Shown here: positions 12,313-24,304 of the stretch, piece after piece | How the letters are laid out: every line of letters begins with the position of its first letter | How positions within the stretch are numbered: the stretch's first letter is position 1 | DNA from: Felis catus | Lineage: Eukaryota | NCBI RefSeq assembly: GCF_018350175.1 | Contig: NC_058382.1 | Span: 52,640,001 to 52,704,000, forward strand | DNA: 64,000 nt | Direction: 5' to 3' | The notes under the pieces: generated by a model | What the model saw: the letters and a program-made list of their open reading frames with translations, nothing else | Databases searched by the model: none | What the model was told of the DNA's origin: nothing | Translations under genes and position numbers: made by a program

Positions 12313-12535
12313 GGGCCGCCTGGGTGGCTCATTCGGTTAAGCGTCCGACTCTTGATTTCGACTCAGGTCATGATCTCACCTTTCATGAGTTCGAGGCCCG
12401 CATCGGGCTCCATGCTGACAGCACAGAGTCTGCTGGGGATTCTCTCTCTCTCCCTCTTTCTCTGCCCTTCCCCTCCTCGTGCTCTCTCTCTCTCTCTCTC
12501 AAAATAAATAGACTTTAAAAAATCATTAAAAAATA
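12313..12535 (+). mobile_element. Can-SINE (older carnivore-type)
   Basis: GGGCCGCCTGGGTGGCTCATTCGGTTAAGCGTCCGACTCTTGATTTCG head, (CT)n region, A-rich tail. Confidence 0.93.
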
Positions 12536-12891
12536 ATAATGTATACCTATGCATCTTATTTATTTGGGTCCTACTCTGCACCAAATGCTATTAGACATAT
12601 CTGTTAACAATAAATAATACTGTCTATCATTACATGCCAATCCCTGACTATTCCCTTTATCAATTATACTAGATTGTGCGCCAGTGATATTTTATTAATT
12701 GTGGTTACCGTCGTCATCTCTCATCCTCCAACCCTGTAAATCGGGCACTGTTATTACTTCTCTTTTATAAAGGAGCGATGTGGGGACACCAAGAGCTGGA
12801 TGTGGAACCAAGTGATCGTTTCTGTCCTTTGAGTAGTATTTTCTGCATTCCGTATGCATAATTTTTTTTTTAACCCTAAATCAGATTAGAG

Positions 12892-13069
12892 CAGAGGTTC
12901 CCAAACTTCAGCGTGCGTCAGGATTACTTGGGGGCCATTTCTCAGACCTCATCTCAATGATTCTGTAAAATTGAGTCGATCCAGGATGGGACCCAGGAAT
13001 GTGTGTGATTAAGTAGCAGCATTGGGGTCCCGATGCTGTCCATGCATGACTACATCCTGGGTACAGTTG
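12892..13069. mobile_element. MER5A-like hAT-Charlie MITE
   Basis: Starts CAGAGGTTCCCAAACTTCAGCGTGCGTCAGGATTACTTGG; internal GGATGGGACCCAGGAATGTGTG; about 180 bp. Confidence 0.75.
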
Positions 13070-13077
13070 ATCTAGAA

Positions 13078-13296
13078 CAAGGTTCAGCAAACTGTATAGC
13101 CCGCGGGCCGAATCCAGCCGACTGCCTGTTTTTTAAACACATTGGCCTTAGAACACAGTCTTACCTGATTGATCACCTTTTGTCCATAGCTGCTTTTGAG
13201 GTGCAAGAGCAGAATTAAGTAGTTTCTGCAGAGATCCACCAGGCGAACTAAATATTTACTATTTCGCTTTTTACAGGAAAAGTTTATCAACCCCTG
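13078..13296. mobile_element. MER58A-like hAT-Charlie MITE
   Basis: Termini CAAGGTTCAGCAAACT...AGTTTATCAACCCCTG; internal GCCCGCGGGCCGAATCCAGCCGACTGCCTGTTTT and CTAAATATTTACTAT; 8-bp TSD ATCTAGAA / ATCTAGAG. Confidence 0.88.
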
Positions 13297-13583
13297 ATCT
13301 AGAGGATTTTCTGGAGCTCAGGGTAAGGTCATTGGAAGCACATGGGGCTCTAGTAGCAAAACTTAAAAATGACCTTTCCCTTAGCCTTTACCAGATTTTG
13401 TGCCCAGGGTTTTGGGATTATTGCCCATTTAATCCCCTGACAGGTTTATGGGCCACTGTCCTCCCCAGTCAAGCGAAATTGAGACTCAGAGAGGTCGAGA
13501 GTACCCTTAGCTCCCACAGCAAGTGAGAGTGGGAGACAGAATCAGAACTCTGGATTCCAGAACCCCTCCCTCCTGTCAACATC

Positions 13584-13751
13584 TTTTTATTTATTTTTGA
13601 GAGAGAGACCACAAGCAGGAGAGGGACAGAGGATCTGAAGTGGGCTCTGTGCTAACAGCTGTGAGCCTGGCATGGGGCTCGAACTCACCAACATCAAGAT
13701 CATGATGAACCAAAGTCAGACGTTCAGCCTACGGAGCCACCCAGGTGCCCC
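13584..13751 (-). mobile_element. Can-SINE, short and diverged
   Basis: TTTATTTATTTTTGAGAGAGAG tail and GAGCCACCCAGGTGCCCC head (reverse complement). Confidence 0.9.
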
Positions 13752-13934
13752 GTTTGGGTAGTTTTGTTAGGCAAACTGGTGACACCACAGTGACCCAACC
13801 TCCTGAGGACACCAACCGGCCAGCATGCACGGTCAGCAGAGATGAAGTGACATGAGGCCGGGGCTTTAGCAGCAGCGATAATAACAAAAGAAGAAGGAGG
13901 AGGGGAGGGTTTAAGGAAAGAGAGGGAAGAGACG

Positions 13935-14040
13935 GGCAGATAATGTCAACATTGTAGTGAATTTGTATCTAGAGGGTAGGCATACAGTGTTACAGTATTT
14001 TCTCTACTTTGGGTATATTTTTAAATTTCATAATAAACAT
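13935..14040 (+). mobile_element. Old L1M 3'-terminal fragment
   Basis: ATTTTCTCTACTTTGGGTATATTTTTAAATTTCATAATAAA is typical of ancient L1M 3' ends. Confidence 0.5.
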
Positions 14041-14066
14041 GTACCTATTTGTATATATAATCTATT

Positions 14067-14147
14067 GTGTGTGTGTTCATATATACACACACTTTATATA
14101 CATAGATACAGTATATATGTATATGTGTGTGTATGTATGTGTGTGTG

Positions 14148-14192
<45 letters not shown>

Positions 14193-14220
14193 TAGGACCA
14201 TAATGTCTATTTGGCTGGGG

Positions 14221-14259
<39 letters not shown>

Positions 14260-14272
14260 GTCCCACCTTCTC

Positions 14273-14306
<34 letters not shown>
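14067..14306. repeat. Compound microsatellite: TA/TG-rich, (AC)n 14151-14189, (CT)n 14225-14306
   Basis: Directly visible. Confidence 0.95.
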
Positions 14307-14308
<2 letters not shown>

Positions 14309-15504
14309 CTCTCATATCTTCCCTGCCACCCCTGTGTCTTTTTTTTTTCTTTTTCATTAAGAAAATGGTAGCACCAATCTGACTATTTCCCTGGCTTCCT
14401 GAAGAGGCCCGAGAATTAGAGTAAACAAATTACCCATTACCGGGGAAGCCCTGTCCTCCCCCACCCAGCAGATTCCCAGCATCTTCTTTCACCTCTAGGA
14501 GATATTCTCCAAGGTCACTAAATTAAGCCTTCAGACAATCGAAAAATTGAATCTCAGTACATCTATTTTCCTAACAAAATTTCCGCAGCGCCGATTGGGG
14601 CTGACAGGTGCGGCCGCACAGCTTTCTGGGCTGTTCAGGTCGATTTGGCCGAGTGGGACGGCATCAGCTTGTATTGGAGGGAACATCTGAGCAGCCCAGG
14701 GCCCCCTGGGACTCGGAGAGTTCCTTACCTCCTTGCCACTGTAAATGACGATTTCTGTCGTCCCCAGAGCTGCCTTTCCTGCCCCTCCTCCAGCCCCACC
14801 CTCACCCCCTGCAGCCGCCAGGTCAGGCACCTCATCTTAAATTATTTATCAAAAAGGCCATCGCAATCATTGCAAACACATTTAGGAGTAGCTGGAAACC
14901 GTGTTCTTTTTGAGGACACTAATGACACAGCCGTAATCACACTCCTTGTTGGAATGGAGGGGCAGGATGTGATACTTGCGGAGTGGAGTCAGAGAGGAGG
15001 GGCTTTGCCCCGAGTCCCCAAGGCCACGCAGCTGCCACAGCCTGGCTGACGGAGGGGCTTGCAGAGGTGGGGACCACCCAGGATTTGGAGCCGGAGGAGC
15101 TCAGCCCTCTGACTGCAGAGACTTTGGAAATCACATCGCCTACCCGGGCTTCCTTTCTTCATCCACAAGCCACGTCTTAGCCAGTGCTTTCTATAAAGAA
15201 CGCGCATGTGCTGCTGGAGGTCTGGGACCCCATCGGGAGTAGTCCGCCACGAGCCTCTAAGATTTACCTTAAAAGCTCCAGGGAAGGCCTGCATTCTGCT
15301 TAAGATATCTGCATTCATAGACGTAAAAACTGTGTAGTTTGCTCAGCTGAGAATAAAACGGACGCTCCGGGAATTAAACTGATGTCTATCCTGTTGCTTT
15401 GAATGCCCGCTGGTACCCCACCTGGGAGCCCAGGTGCATGCCCCCGCTGCACAAGGCCAGCACCTTGACCTCCTGAGTAGGATGCAGGCTGCATGCTTAT
15501 TAGG

Positions 15505-15683
15505 TGTAGGGCCTTGGGCAGCTCACTTAACCTGTCTCTTCTTGAGTTTTCTCTCATCTATGAAAGAGTGATCATAATGTTATGTACAGTGTTTAGGAGC
15601 CTTGAGAAGCTCAAATAAGATAATTCTTGTAAAGCCCAGGGCATAATCCCTGGTACCTAATAAGTACTCAATAAATGTTAGCA
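15505..15683 (+). mobile_element. MIR SINE
   Basis: CCTTGGGCAGCTCACTTAACCT core and the 3' end CCTGGTACCTAATAAGTACTCAATAAATGTTAGC. Confidence 0.8.
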
Positions 15684-15948
15684 AAAGTAACAATTACTAT
15701 AATTATATTCAGAGCTTTTATTGAACACCTGTCTGTAAGCACTCCGTGCTGAGCCCTGGAGTGGAAACTCCTAGAAGATACAGGAGCTGGTGGGACTGAG
15801 GTTGGGGAATCCCCCATGGCAGGTCCTCACATTGTTGGTGCCCGTATGATTTTTGTTTCTCAGCTGGCCTTCCTCTGGCTCATGGCCACTGCTGTCTACA
15901 CTGCCTCTTTCTCTTCTTCCTGGATTTGTGTACTCGTTTCGGCGTCTT

Positions 15949-16477
15949 TGTAGCAGTCCTATTGCCCCCTAACAAATTACCCGAACGCTTTATGGCTGAA
16001 AACAGTCAATGTTTAGTATCTTACAGTTTCTGTGGGTCAGAGGTGAGGGAGTAGCTTAGATCGGTAATTCGGGCTTGGGGTCCCTCATGAGGCTGCAGTC
16101 AAGTTGTTGGCTGGGGCTGTCGTCTGTGAAGACTTGATGGGGTTGGAAGTGTTACAACCAAGATGGCGTGTGCACATGGCTTTTGGCAGGAGGCTTCCGT
16201 CCTTCACCACGTGGACCTTTCACAGGGCTGCCTGTGCAGCCTCACAGTGTGGCAGCTGGCCAAGTGAGTGATGTCGGAGACAGCACGAGGAGCAGGCTGG
16301 AGTGCCTTGTGGGCATCAGTCCGCGGCATCACACAGTCAGGCGCTGTAACGTCGGCCGCATTCTGTTCATTGGAAATGGGCCAGTAAAGTCCATATTTAA
16401 GGAAAGGGGAACCCGGACCCACTACTTGAAGGGAGGTGTTACCAAGGATCTTGTGGGCATGTCTTTAAGTCACCACA
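15949..16477 (-). mobile_element. ERVL-MaLR solo LTR (MLT1F/G/H-like)
   Basis: TG...CA bounded, about 530 bp; TAACAAATTACCC...TCTTACAGTTTCTGTGGGTCAG...CTCATGAGGCTGCAGTCAAG...CCAAGATGGC blocks. Confidence 0.8.
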
Positions 16478-16985
16478 ATCTTCCGCCTCGGTTCTCTCCC
16501 TGGTTCTCTTGAACACCTGACTGTTTCACTGGTTCAGCCCTTGGAAAAGCCACAAGCTGTGGGAAAGTGCAGCTGCCCCTCCCCTCTGGGTCAGAAGAGT
16601 CATCTCCCCCTTTCTGGGGTGGTTGTGACTGGAGAAAGGACGGCCCTCGGGAACCATCTGTAATCGTGTCAGAGGGGCCAGCAGGGGAGTGGAGGAAGTA
16701 ACTTCGTAGAAGGAACCTTCAGCTCTCCCCATCATATCAGGGAACTTCTCTGCAGACACACTGCCTCCATTTATAATCATTACAGCCCTGGCTTTTGAAC
16801 TCACCAGTTTTATTTGCTCACTTTTCCCCCTGAGAACAAGAAACCTGCCCTGGAGAAAGACTGCTTTGGACAGTGTGGTGGTAGGTGTTCTCCTTGGAGT
16901 CTTCAAGTGAGCATTGGTGGGATACAGAAAAATAAAGTGACCTGGGTCAGCATTCCCTCTCTCTCTCTCTCTGTCTCTTTCTCTG

Positions 16986-17228
16986 TTTTATTTTTTTTAT
17001 TTTTGAGAGACTTTTTTAAATTTATTTTTTATTTTTGAGAGAGAGAGAGAGAGTGCACAAATGGAGGAGGCACAGAGAGAGAGGGAGAGAGAGAGAGAAT
17101 CTCAACCAGGCTCCACGCTGTCCGTGCAGAGAGCCCGATGAGGGGCTCGATCCCACGAATAGTGAGATCATGACCTGAGCCGAGATCCAGAGTCAGGCAC
17201 TTGACCAACGGAGACCCCCAGGTGCGCC
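16986..17228 (-). mobile_element. Can-SINE
   Basis: T-rich tail, (GA)n, AGATCATGACCTGAGCCGAGATCCAGAGTCAGGCACTTGACC...CCCCAGGTGCGCC. Confidence 0.93.
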
Positions 17229-17569
17229 TCTCTCCGTTTTTAACACCAATCCTCAACTCACACCCTTTCCTATACACTGCTTTTTCCTCCAGTGGAGCCC
17301 TGATTCTCTCTTTACTTAGCAGCCTGGCCATCTTCTTCTCTCCCTGCCTCCTGTCCCTCCTCATTCTTCCTCCCTGGGAGGAAAGAAAATTGGGGCACAG
17401 CACCTACAACATGCAACGATAACATTGGGTGACTGTAAACACATTAGGGCCTCCCCTCCTGGGTCAGATGTTCCATAGCTTCTCTTTTGTTACTTTACTG
17501 CACGTGTATTCCTCTCTCGGGTGAATTGCTGGCATGCGCATGAGAACCTGCAACACATGTATGGTGCTT

Positions 17570-17750
17570 AGAGTTTTCACGGCAATTTACTGCGCATTAT
17601 TATTCCCTCTCTCCATCCTCTGTAAAATTGGGTATGAATATACCCATTTTGCGGTTGACGCAACTGAGGCTTAAGGTGGTCCAGTACGTTGCCCGGAATC
17701 ACGCAGCTCAGAAGTAAAAACAGGCGGCCCTCCAACCAGAGTCTGCTGGC
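17570..17750 (-). mobile_element. MIR fragment
   Basis: TACCCATTTTGCGGTTGACGCAACTGAGGCTTAAGG...TTGCCCGGAATCACGCAGCT. Confidence 0.6.
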
Positions 17751-17790
17751 TCCCATGTCTCATGTTTTTCCCACAGTACTGTACGGGCGG

Positions 17791-17906
17791 AGGATAAGCT
17801 CTTTGAGTCCGGGTACTGTGTCTCATTTTGCTTTGTATCCCCGTGCCTTTGGGTCATTGTCTTGCACACATGAGGGATTTGGAACGTCTCCAGTGAATGA
17901 GTGAAT
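17791..17906 (+). mobile_element. L2 LINE 3' end
   Basis: TAAGCTCTTTGAG...TGTGTCTCATTTTGCTTTGTATCCCC...TGAATGAGTGAAT tail. Confidence 0.65.
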
Positions 17907-17999
17907 ACGTGAGCGAGTGAAGCCATCAGTCAAATCAAGACGCTGCTCACACATGCATCCCAGAGTTCGGCTTCCACGTGTGCTTCCGGTGAGGAAGTC

Positions 18000-18720
18000 T
18001 GCAGGTTAGTATTATGACGCCCAGCAAGACCAAAGATGCTGTGGCCTGAATAACAACGGGATGCAAACGCTCCCCTCCTCTCGTAAATCTTGTAAATCAG
18101 CATCGTCTGTGCCGAGCAGGGCCCGTGTGTTGTGGTGGCAAACACCACGAGGCCCAGAAGGCTGATCTGGGACAGCGTCCCCTTCGAATGCTGCCCAGTG
18201 CTAAGTCTGCAGAATATTTAAATAAGGGGTTAATTTATAAAGTGAGCTACAGGAAAGTTTCCAGGACTGCTGTGCGCGTGTCTCATAAATCGGCACAAAT
18301 TGAATCTAGCTTTCTGTACCCGTCAGCTCCTAGGTAAACCAAAATTTATTGGGAGGTATATAGGTTGCCATCCGAAGAAACATAATAAATGAGAAAAGTG
18401 TGTCCTCAGGAGGTCCGTAAACAAGGTATCAAGGCTGGCAGACGCCACGAGGGTCCGAAACGTAAAATCCCCATTGCCGAGGATTCGGAAGTACAGTGTG
18501 CTTTGTTGCAGATGGAGACTGGGTTCCAGGAAACCTTGTTCTTTTCCTGAACATTCCACTGACTTCTTAATAGACTAAAGATTTCGTGTATTGCAGGGAG
18601 AATTTATGGTCTGGAGGGTGTGCAGACAAAAAGAAATGCCAACCTCGGTATTTTGCACATATCAAATTACAAGACGAGTGTAGCCAGATCCAGAAATGTT
18701 ATGCAACATAAAAATGGGAA
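18000..18720. promoter_or_regulatory. Candidate enhancer with clustered posterior-HOX/CDX-type motifs
   Basis: CTCGTAAA (18080), CTCATAAA (18282), CCAATAAA on the minus strand (18345-18352), TCCGTAAA (18414), CCATAAA on the minus strand (18603-18609). Function is inferred only. Confidence 0.35.
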
Positions 18721-18809
18721 GCTTTAGTTTGTATTATTATAATGACTCTTTATAATAATCATGTACGCCTACGGCACTGATCTGAGCAATTGTACTAGCA
18801 GTTTGTATT

Positions 18810-19030
18810 TTGCAAGGGCCTGCCATGAGCCAGACCCTGTGCTGAGGGTTTCACGGACTTTATTTTCAGTCTTTACAAGGACACGGTCCTTTCAGGAGTT
18901 CTGGAGGTTGTCGTTAATGTGGTTCATGTGCCCATTTTACAGAGAGGAAAGTGAAAGTGCAAAAATGAAGCCCAAGGATCTTTGGCCAATATATGGATCT
19001 GGGTCCACGTATCTCACTCCAAAAACTCTT
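18810..19030 (-). mobile_element. MIR SINE
   Basis: GCCAGACCCTGTGCTGAGGGTTTCAC and GCCCATTTTACAGAGAGGAAAGTGAA. Confidence 0.65.
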
Positions 19031-21689
19031 CTTCTAATTCTTGTCATTATCTAATATCACCTCTTGTTATCACAGTGCTCTTATGATTCTAGAAAGTAAG
19101 TGCCAGCATTCTGGTAAAAGGCCTTTGTCTGGCCAAATTATTGAATACTTTAATCTGGCTTTTATTCTATTAGCTACAACATTCAAAGTGATGTTCTCTC
19201 TTGTTCTCTCTCAAAATAAACAAATTTTTTTAAATAACTTTTAAAAATAAAAGGGAAACGTCGTTTAAAATGAGAAGCATCCGTGTGCATATTAAAGCAT
19301 CCCTGAAGCATTTGTATGGTGAAGAAAGACAAGGCGGGGGTTAAGTTAGACACACCATGAAATCAAACAGTCTGGGCACCTCAGAACGTTCGTGTGGTCT
19401 TTCATGCACAAGTCAGCTTAAGACCTTACAGCAGTCCTATTGGCTAGACCAATTATTATGACTGCCTATTATAGAGGGAGAAACAGAGAGGTTAAGTGAC
19501 TCGTCTGAGGTCACATAGCGACTCCAGGATTCATCCTTCACTAGTCTGACTTCACGAAGAGGTGGGAACAGTGGACCAGAAGGAGAAATTAACATGAAAA
19601 AAAAAAATAGCATGGCCAAAATATCGCCAGAAGGTGTTTAGAAAAATCTCTTGGGCTTCTTTTAATAAGAAAAGAAGCAAAATTAAAATTTGAAGTAATT
19701 CAGTGTTCTTAGTTTTGTTTGTTTCTGACTTTTCGGGATCTCACTTATATCCTCAGGTATAGTTGAGACTATCAGCGAGAAAGCATGAAATTACATTCCT
19801 GCCTACGCTGCCCTCCTTCAAAGCCTTGTTATTCTTGTTCCCTTCGATGTATTTCAACTCCAAAATACACTGTGACATGAAAATTGTGTATTCAGATTGT
19901 TCTATTGATTTGCTGAGAAAGTGACCTTGTATGCACCCATGAAAATGAAGAGATCTATAGCGCCCGGCCTCTTTGTAAGGGTACAGGAAGAGCCGCGGAT
20001 AACAGGCATCTCTTTCACTCCTAACTCTACTCTTCCTTCGCACAGACTGAGAGCCCCCGGGGAGGGCTTCTCGGGAGGCTGTGCAGGTGCGGCCCAAGTC
20101 AGGACACTGGCAGAGGACGAACGTAGGGGCTGGAATCGTGTGTTGCATTTGCAAAAGCCCATGGCCCTGGCCAGACGTTGGAGGTTCTCTTCGGGATTCG
20201 GTCAGTGGCTTCCACGGGACTGGATTTTCCTTTGGCTAGTTCACCCCAGGGCGCACCGCCACAGACCCAGCTGAGTGACAGCGTCCTCCCCTGCAGCGAG
20301 GAGGGGCCCCGCTGTGGTGTTTTCACACACCTCTGCCGCTGCTCTGATCAACATGTGAGTGGGAAGGGGAGGGGATGAGCCTTCCTGACCTCAGCCGCTA
20401 CTCTCGGGCCTTGCAAATGCAGTGCCCCATTTCAACCCTTGAGGTGGGTGGCATTAGGCCGCTTGCCGGCTACAGAAAGTGAGAAGCAGGGATGTTCCAG
20501 CAGCTCGCCTAAGGTCAGGCGGCTTGTAAGTGGCAGAGATGAGGCTGGAACTCAAGATTTTTGATCTAAATTTCGGTCTACTTAGTTATTCTATACACCC
20601 GAAGCCCCTGCGGTTTGGATGCCTCATCACGGGACTGAGATGAAATAGAATTTCTTAGCTTAAGGAGCCAGGCAGTAGATGGGTCTTTGCTAAGCACATT
20701 TCCGCCCCCCCCCCCCAAATCAGGGATTAGCGGGAAGAGAGGAAAGACAGAAGGTGAAGTGCAGGAGAGGAGAATTTGGAGACACTGGGGGCTGTTTCCC
20801 AGAATATAGATGCTGCTTCTACATCCCACACGACAGAAGCCAGAGCTCAGGTTATATTAACGAATCTAGCTCTAGAATCACAAATTGGTCTTTGCTGCTG
20901 AGGCACAGAGGGACAAGAAGAAGAGGAGGGGGGAAAAAAAAAGAAAGAAAACCAGCACGTGCAAACTTAAAAAATGGAGAGCTGTATGTAAATGACTTTT
21001 ATTATCACTGCTAGGCTGCACTGGAAGACTTGAGCTGTGTAAAATGTCACTTGGTCTTATCACGGTTCATGGAGATTACCTTTCAACGGGAGTTTCGTTT
21101 TCATTTCTTCCAACACTTGGAGAAGCGAGCGAGGCAGTGACTCCTTTATTTGCTAATCCTCGCCAGCAACTGGCTTCTTCCTCTGTGTTTTGTGTCATTC
21201 TGTATGATACTGCATCAAGGCAATTCATGGCAGCGGTTGAACCAAAAGCAATTTAAGTCAAAAATGGACAAATATGGATGTCATTTATAAGGCTTGTTCA
21301 AAGGCCTTTGACATCACTCAAAGCCTGAACACGTCTCAGGAGTGAGATGCTTTTTTTTTTTTTTCCCCCCAGCCACGCAAGATTGGAGATTTAATACAGA
21401 CCGCTTAGTGAGGGGTCTGCATGGTTCTTGCCTAGAAACCATTTCTTGGGGAAGTGAGTATTTTGTAAATACCAAGAAAGAGGGAGAAAAAGATTGAATG
21501 ATTAGGAACCAAAGTGAATTTTCCAAGGTGAACTTACATTCATTATTTTGATTCATTTCCAATGATAATAGCCACATGGATCACGTATTTGGGCATATCA
21601 CGTACGGGGCATGGCGTTACAAGCGTTGCATTTAATTTAATTAATATTCATAATCACAGTGCATAGACGTGCCCGTAAATATAAAGGCA

Positions 21690-21805
21690 AGTTTTCTTGT
21701 CCCCATTTCACAGATGAGGAAACTGAGACTCAGAGACCCACTCAAGGGCACAAGAAACACTTCTCTTGAGTTGGAGAATTCGCTCCAAGTGACTCCAAAG
21801 TTCTT
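21690..21805 (-). mobile_element. MIR fragment
   Basis: Near-consensus core CCCCATTTCACAGATGAGGAAACTGAGACTCAGAGA. Confidence 0.85.
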
Positions 21806-22261
21806 TTTTCTACACCATACTTTAGATGAGATAACGGCTGGCAAAATTAGAAGCCAGAAGCCCCATGTTGGCCTTGCCCCTTACTCTCTGTCTGGGGTTG
21901 TGGGGAATGCAGGTGGTTTGGGAAGCCCCTTGTCACACAGACTCCGTGGCGCTGTGCTTTAGAAGATAGCTTCTCATGTTCTGTGGATTTGGAGAATCAG
22001 AGGAAAGCAGCTCAGGAGCCACAGGCCCCCACGAACAAAGCCGAGCATCATCAGAAAGTGGTTAGTTCAGCCATGGCACTGCAGAGTGACAGAAATAGTT
22101 TCCAAACCACAGAGGTCAAGGAGCACCTGTCAGGAGAAGAAGAGACTGTAGTGGTTCCTAGAGATTGCATACTCTAGACAACTCAAGGAACAATTCAGTC
22201 TTCTAATAGTGAAGCTTCACGCATACACACAGTATTTCCTTTGGCTGCAAAAGAATTACAG

Positions 22262-22625
22262 ATGAATGAAAAAAAATTCAGTCCCAAAGGGTTCCATACT
22301 GTATGAGTCCAGTTACGTAACACTCTTGAAATGACAAATTTATAGAAATGGAGAACAGATTAGGATTGCTGGGGAGTCAACGGGAACAGCAGTGGTAAGT
22401 GGTGTGGCTATCAAAGGGCAACATGAGGGACCACGGCAATGTGGATATGGTCCCTGTATTGACTGTAGTGATGTCGCTTTCCTGGTTGTGATGTGCCCTG
22501 TTGTTCTGTGAGATAGTGCCACTGCGGGCATCTAGGCACAGGAGACCCGGGACTTCTGTATTATTTCTCACAACTGCATGTGAGTCTACTCTTACCTCAA
22601 AATTAAATAGTTGACTTCAAAAAAT
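22262..22625 (+). mobile_element. Old L1M (L1MC/L1MD-like) 3' UTR fragment
   Basis: AAATGACAAATTTATAGAAATGGAGAACAGATTAG...GGGCAACATGAGGGA...CTGTATTATTTCTCACAACTGCATGTGAGTCTAC. Confidence 0.8.
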
Positions 22626-23429
22626 TAGAGACCGTTTGGGAAAAGAATTTAACAGGAAGAAAATTTAAATCCCTCATTGAGCCCTCCACCCAGAGAGTCA
22701 CCATTTCCACTTTGTTTTATTCTCTTTCTCCCTCTCCCTCGTTCTCTCCTGTTCATACGTATAAAATGGAGAGGTTTTAAAATATAGTTCCACCTTGTCT
22801 GACTCCAGGCTTGATAAGACTGAACCTTTGCATCTTCTCAGGACTTGTGAAGGCTGTGTTTAAACCTGCTGGTTTGGCATTGATTTTGATGCACAGACAG
22901 CAATGAGGTTCCCCCTCCAAGCTGCTGAGGAGCTGTGCATAAGGAATGGATGCCGTTTATGAGCAGAGCTGCAATCATCCCCACCTCCACCCCCAACCTC
23001 CAATCGCTAATAGGTGTTAAGACTTTGCAATAAATATTACTTATGGCTGTTAATTAAACTGAATCCCAGATTGTCAGGACATGTATATTTTCTCATTTTA
23101 ACTTCTCTGAGTCCTCACAGTTATGGAGGGGGTGTATAGAGAATAAGGTTAGGTTAGGGGGGCAATATATGCTATATGTAATCTACATTCCTGGTTGATG
23201 TTCCTGACAAATGTCATGCTAGGTTAGGGACAATAAAATGGTGCCAAAGAAGAGGTAGGGGGGACATCTTGAAAAACCAAGCTCCCCATAACACCCTCAC
23301 CCCTGCCCATGGTGTGCTGGAGATCATTTCTCCAGGTGCCTTTGCTTCCAGGTCTTTTGGGACGGCCTCCTACCCCCAGGTGCTAGCTTCATGTCTAGGC
23401 AAGTAAAATCAGAAAACCTACATTATCTT

Positions 23430-23905
23430 GCTTTTATTACTACTTACTAGCTGAATGACTTGGGCGAGTTTCTTCATTTGCTGACCCTTCCTCCCTTGCC
23501 TCTCTGAGCTTTAGTCTCTTCATCTTTCAGTAGAATCAATAAGTGACTGGGTGTTTGCAAGTTCAAATGAGTTGACACGTGTGAACAAGCTTCGCATGTA
23601 CACAGTTGTGTGCAAAAGTGGGTCATCGTCATTATGGGATGGAAGGGTCCCATTGTCTACCTTGCCTCCCAGCTGACCCTCATTGTGTGCTCGTAGAATA
23701 ATTTTTTAATGGAAGATAATTACCATCAGTAATCCTGACTGTGCAACGTTCCTAAGTCTGTGACGCTACACAAAGTCTTGAACCTCTCCGTGCCTTGCTT
23801 TTCTCATCTCTTGTTCTTACTTTAAAGAGAGATTGTCGTGTGGATCAGGTGGGAGGAGGTGTAAGGCATAACGCATAGTAAGGACTCAATACATCTTTGA
23901 TGGAC
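23430..23905 (+). mobile_element. Two MIR fragments
   Basis: CTACTTACTAGCTGAATGACTTGGGCGAGTT and AACCTCTCCGTGCCTTGCTTTTCTCATCT...CATAGTAAGGACTCAATA. Confidence 0.65.
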
Positions 23906-24124
23906 TAATTCAATAATCGTCCAAACAGTTAATGCAAAAGAGCTCATGGCTGTGCAGTATGGTGATAACAAAAAGGGATGGATGGTGGCATGGCATGGTA
24001 CCACTCCTAAATGAGGCATGTCATTTAGTCTTTCTTTGGAGCCAATGGTTTATTTTGCATTGTCCATATCAGCATTAAGCAGGATTCCTGTACAACCAGT
24101 CAGTCTTGAAGTTTGCTGTCTCAC

Positions 24125-24304
24125 CTAGTGCCTCCCCACCTGTAATGTGCCTACGAATCACCCAGGGCCCCTGGATCTTGTTAAATGCAAACTCTGGTTT
24201 AGTAGCTCTGGGTGGGGCCCAAGAGTCTGTCCTTCTGACAAACTAAGGAGCTCCCAGGTGATGCCAGTGTTGCTGGTCCAAGGACCACACTTTGAATGGC
24301 AGAG
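24125..24304. mobile_element. MER5A/MER5B-like hAT-Charlie MITE
   Basis: GAATCACCCAGGG...GATCTTGTTAAATGCAAACTCTG...GGGTGGGGCCCAAGAGTCTG...GCTCCCAGGTGATGCC...GCTGGTCCAAGGACCACACTTTGA. Confidence 0.85.
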
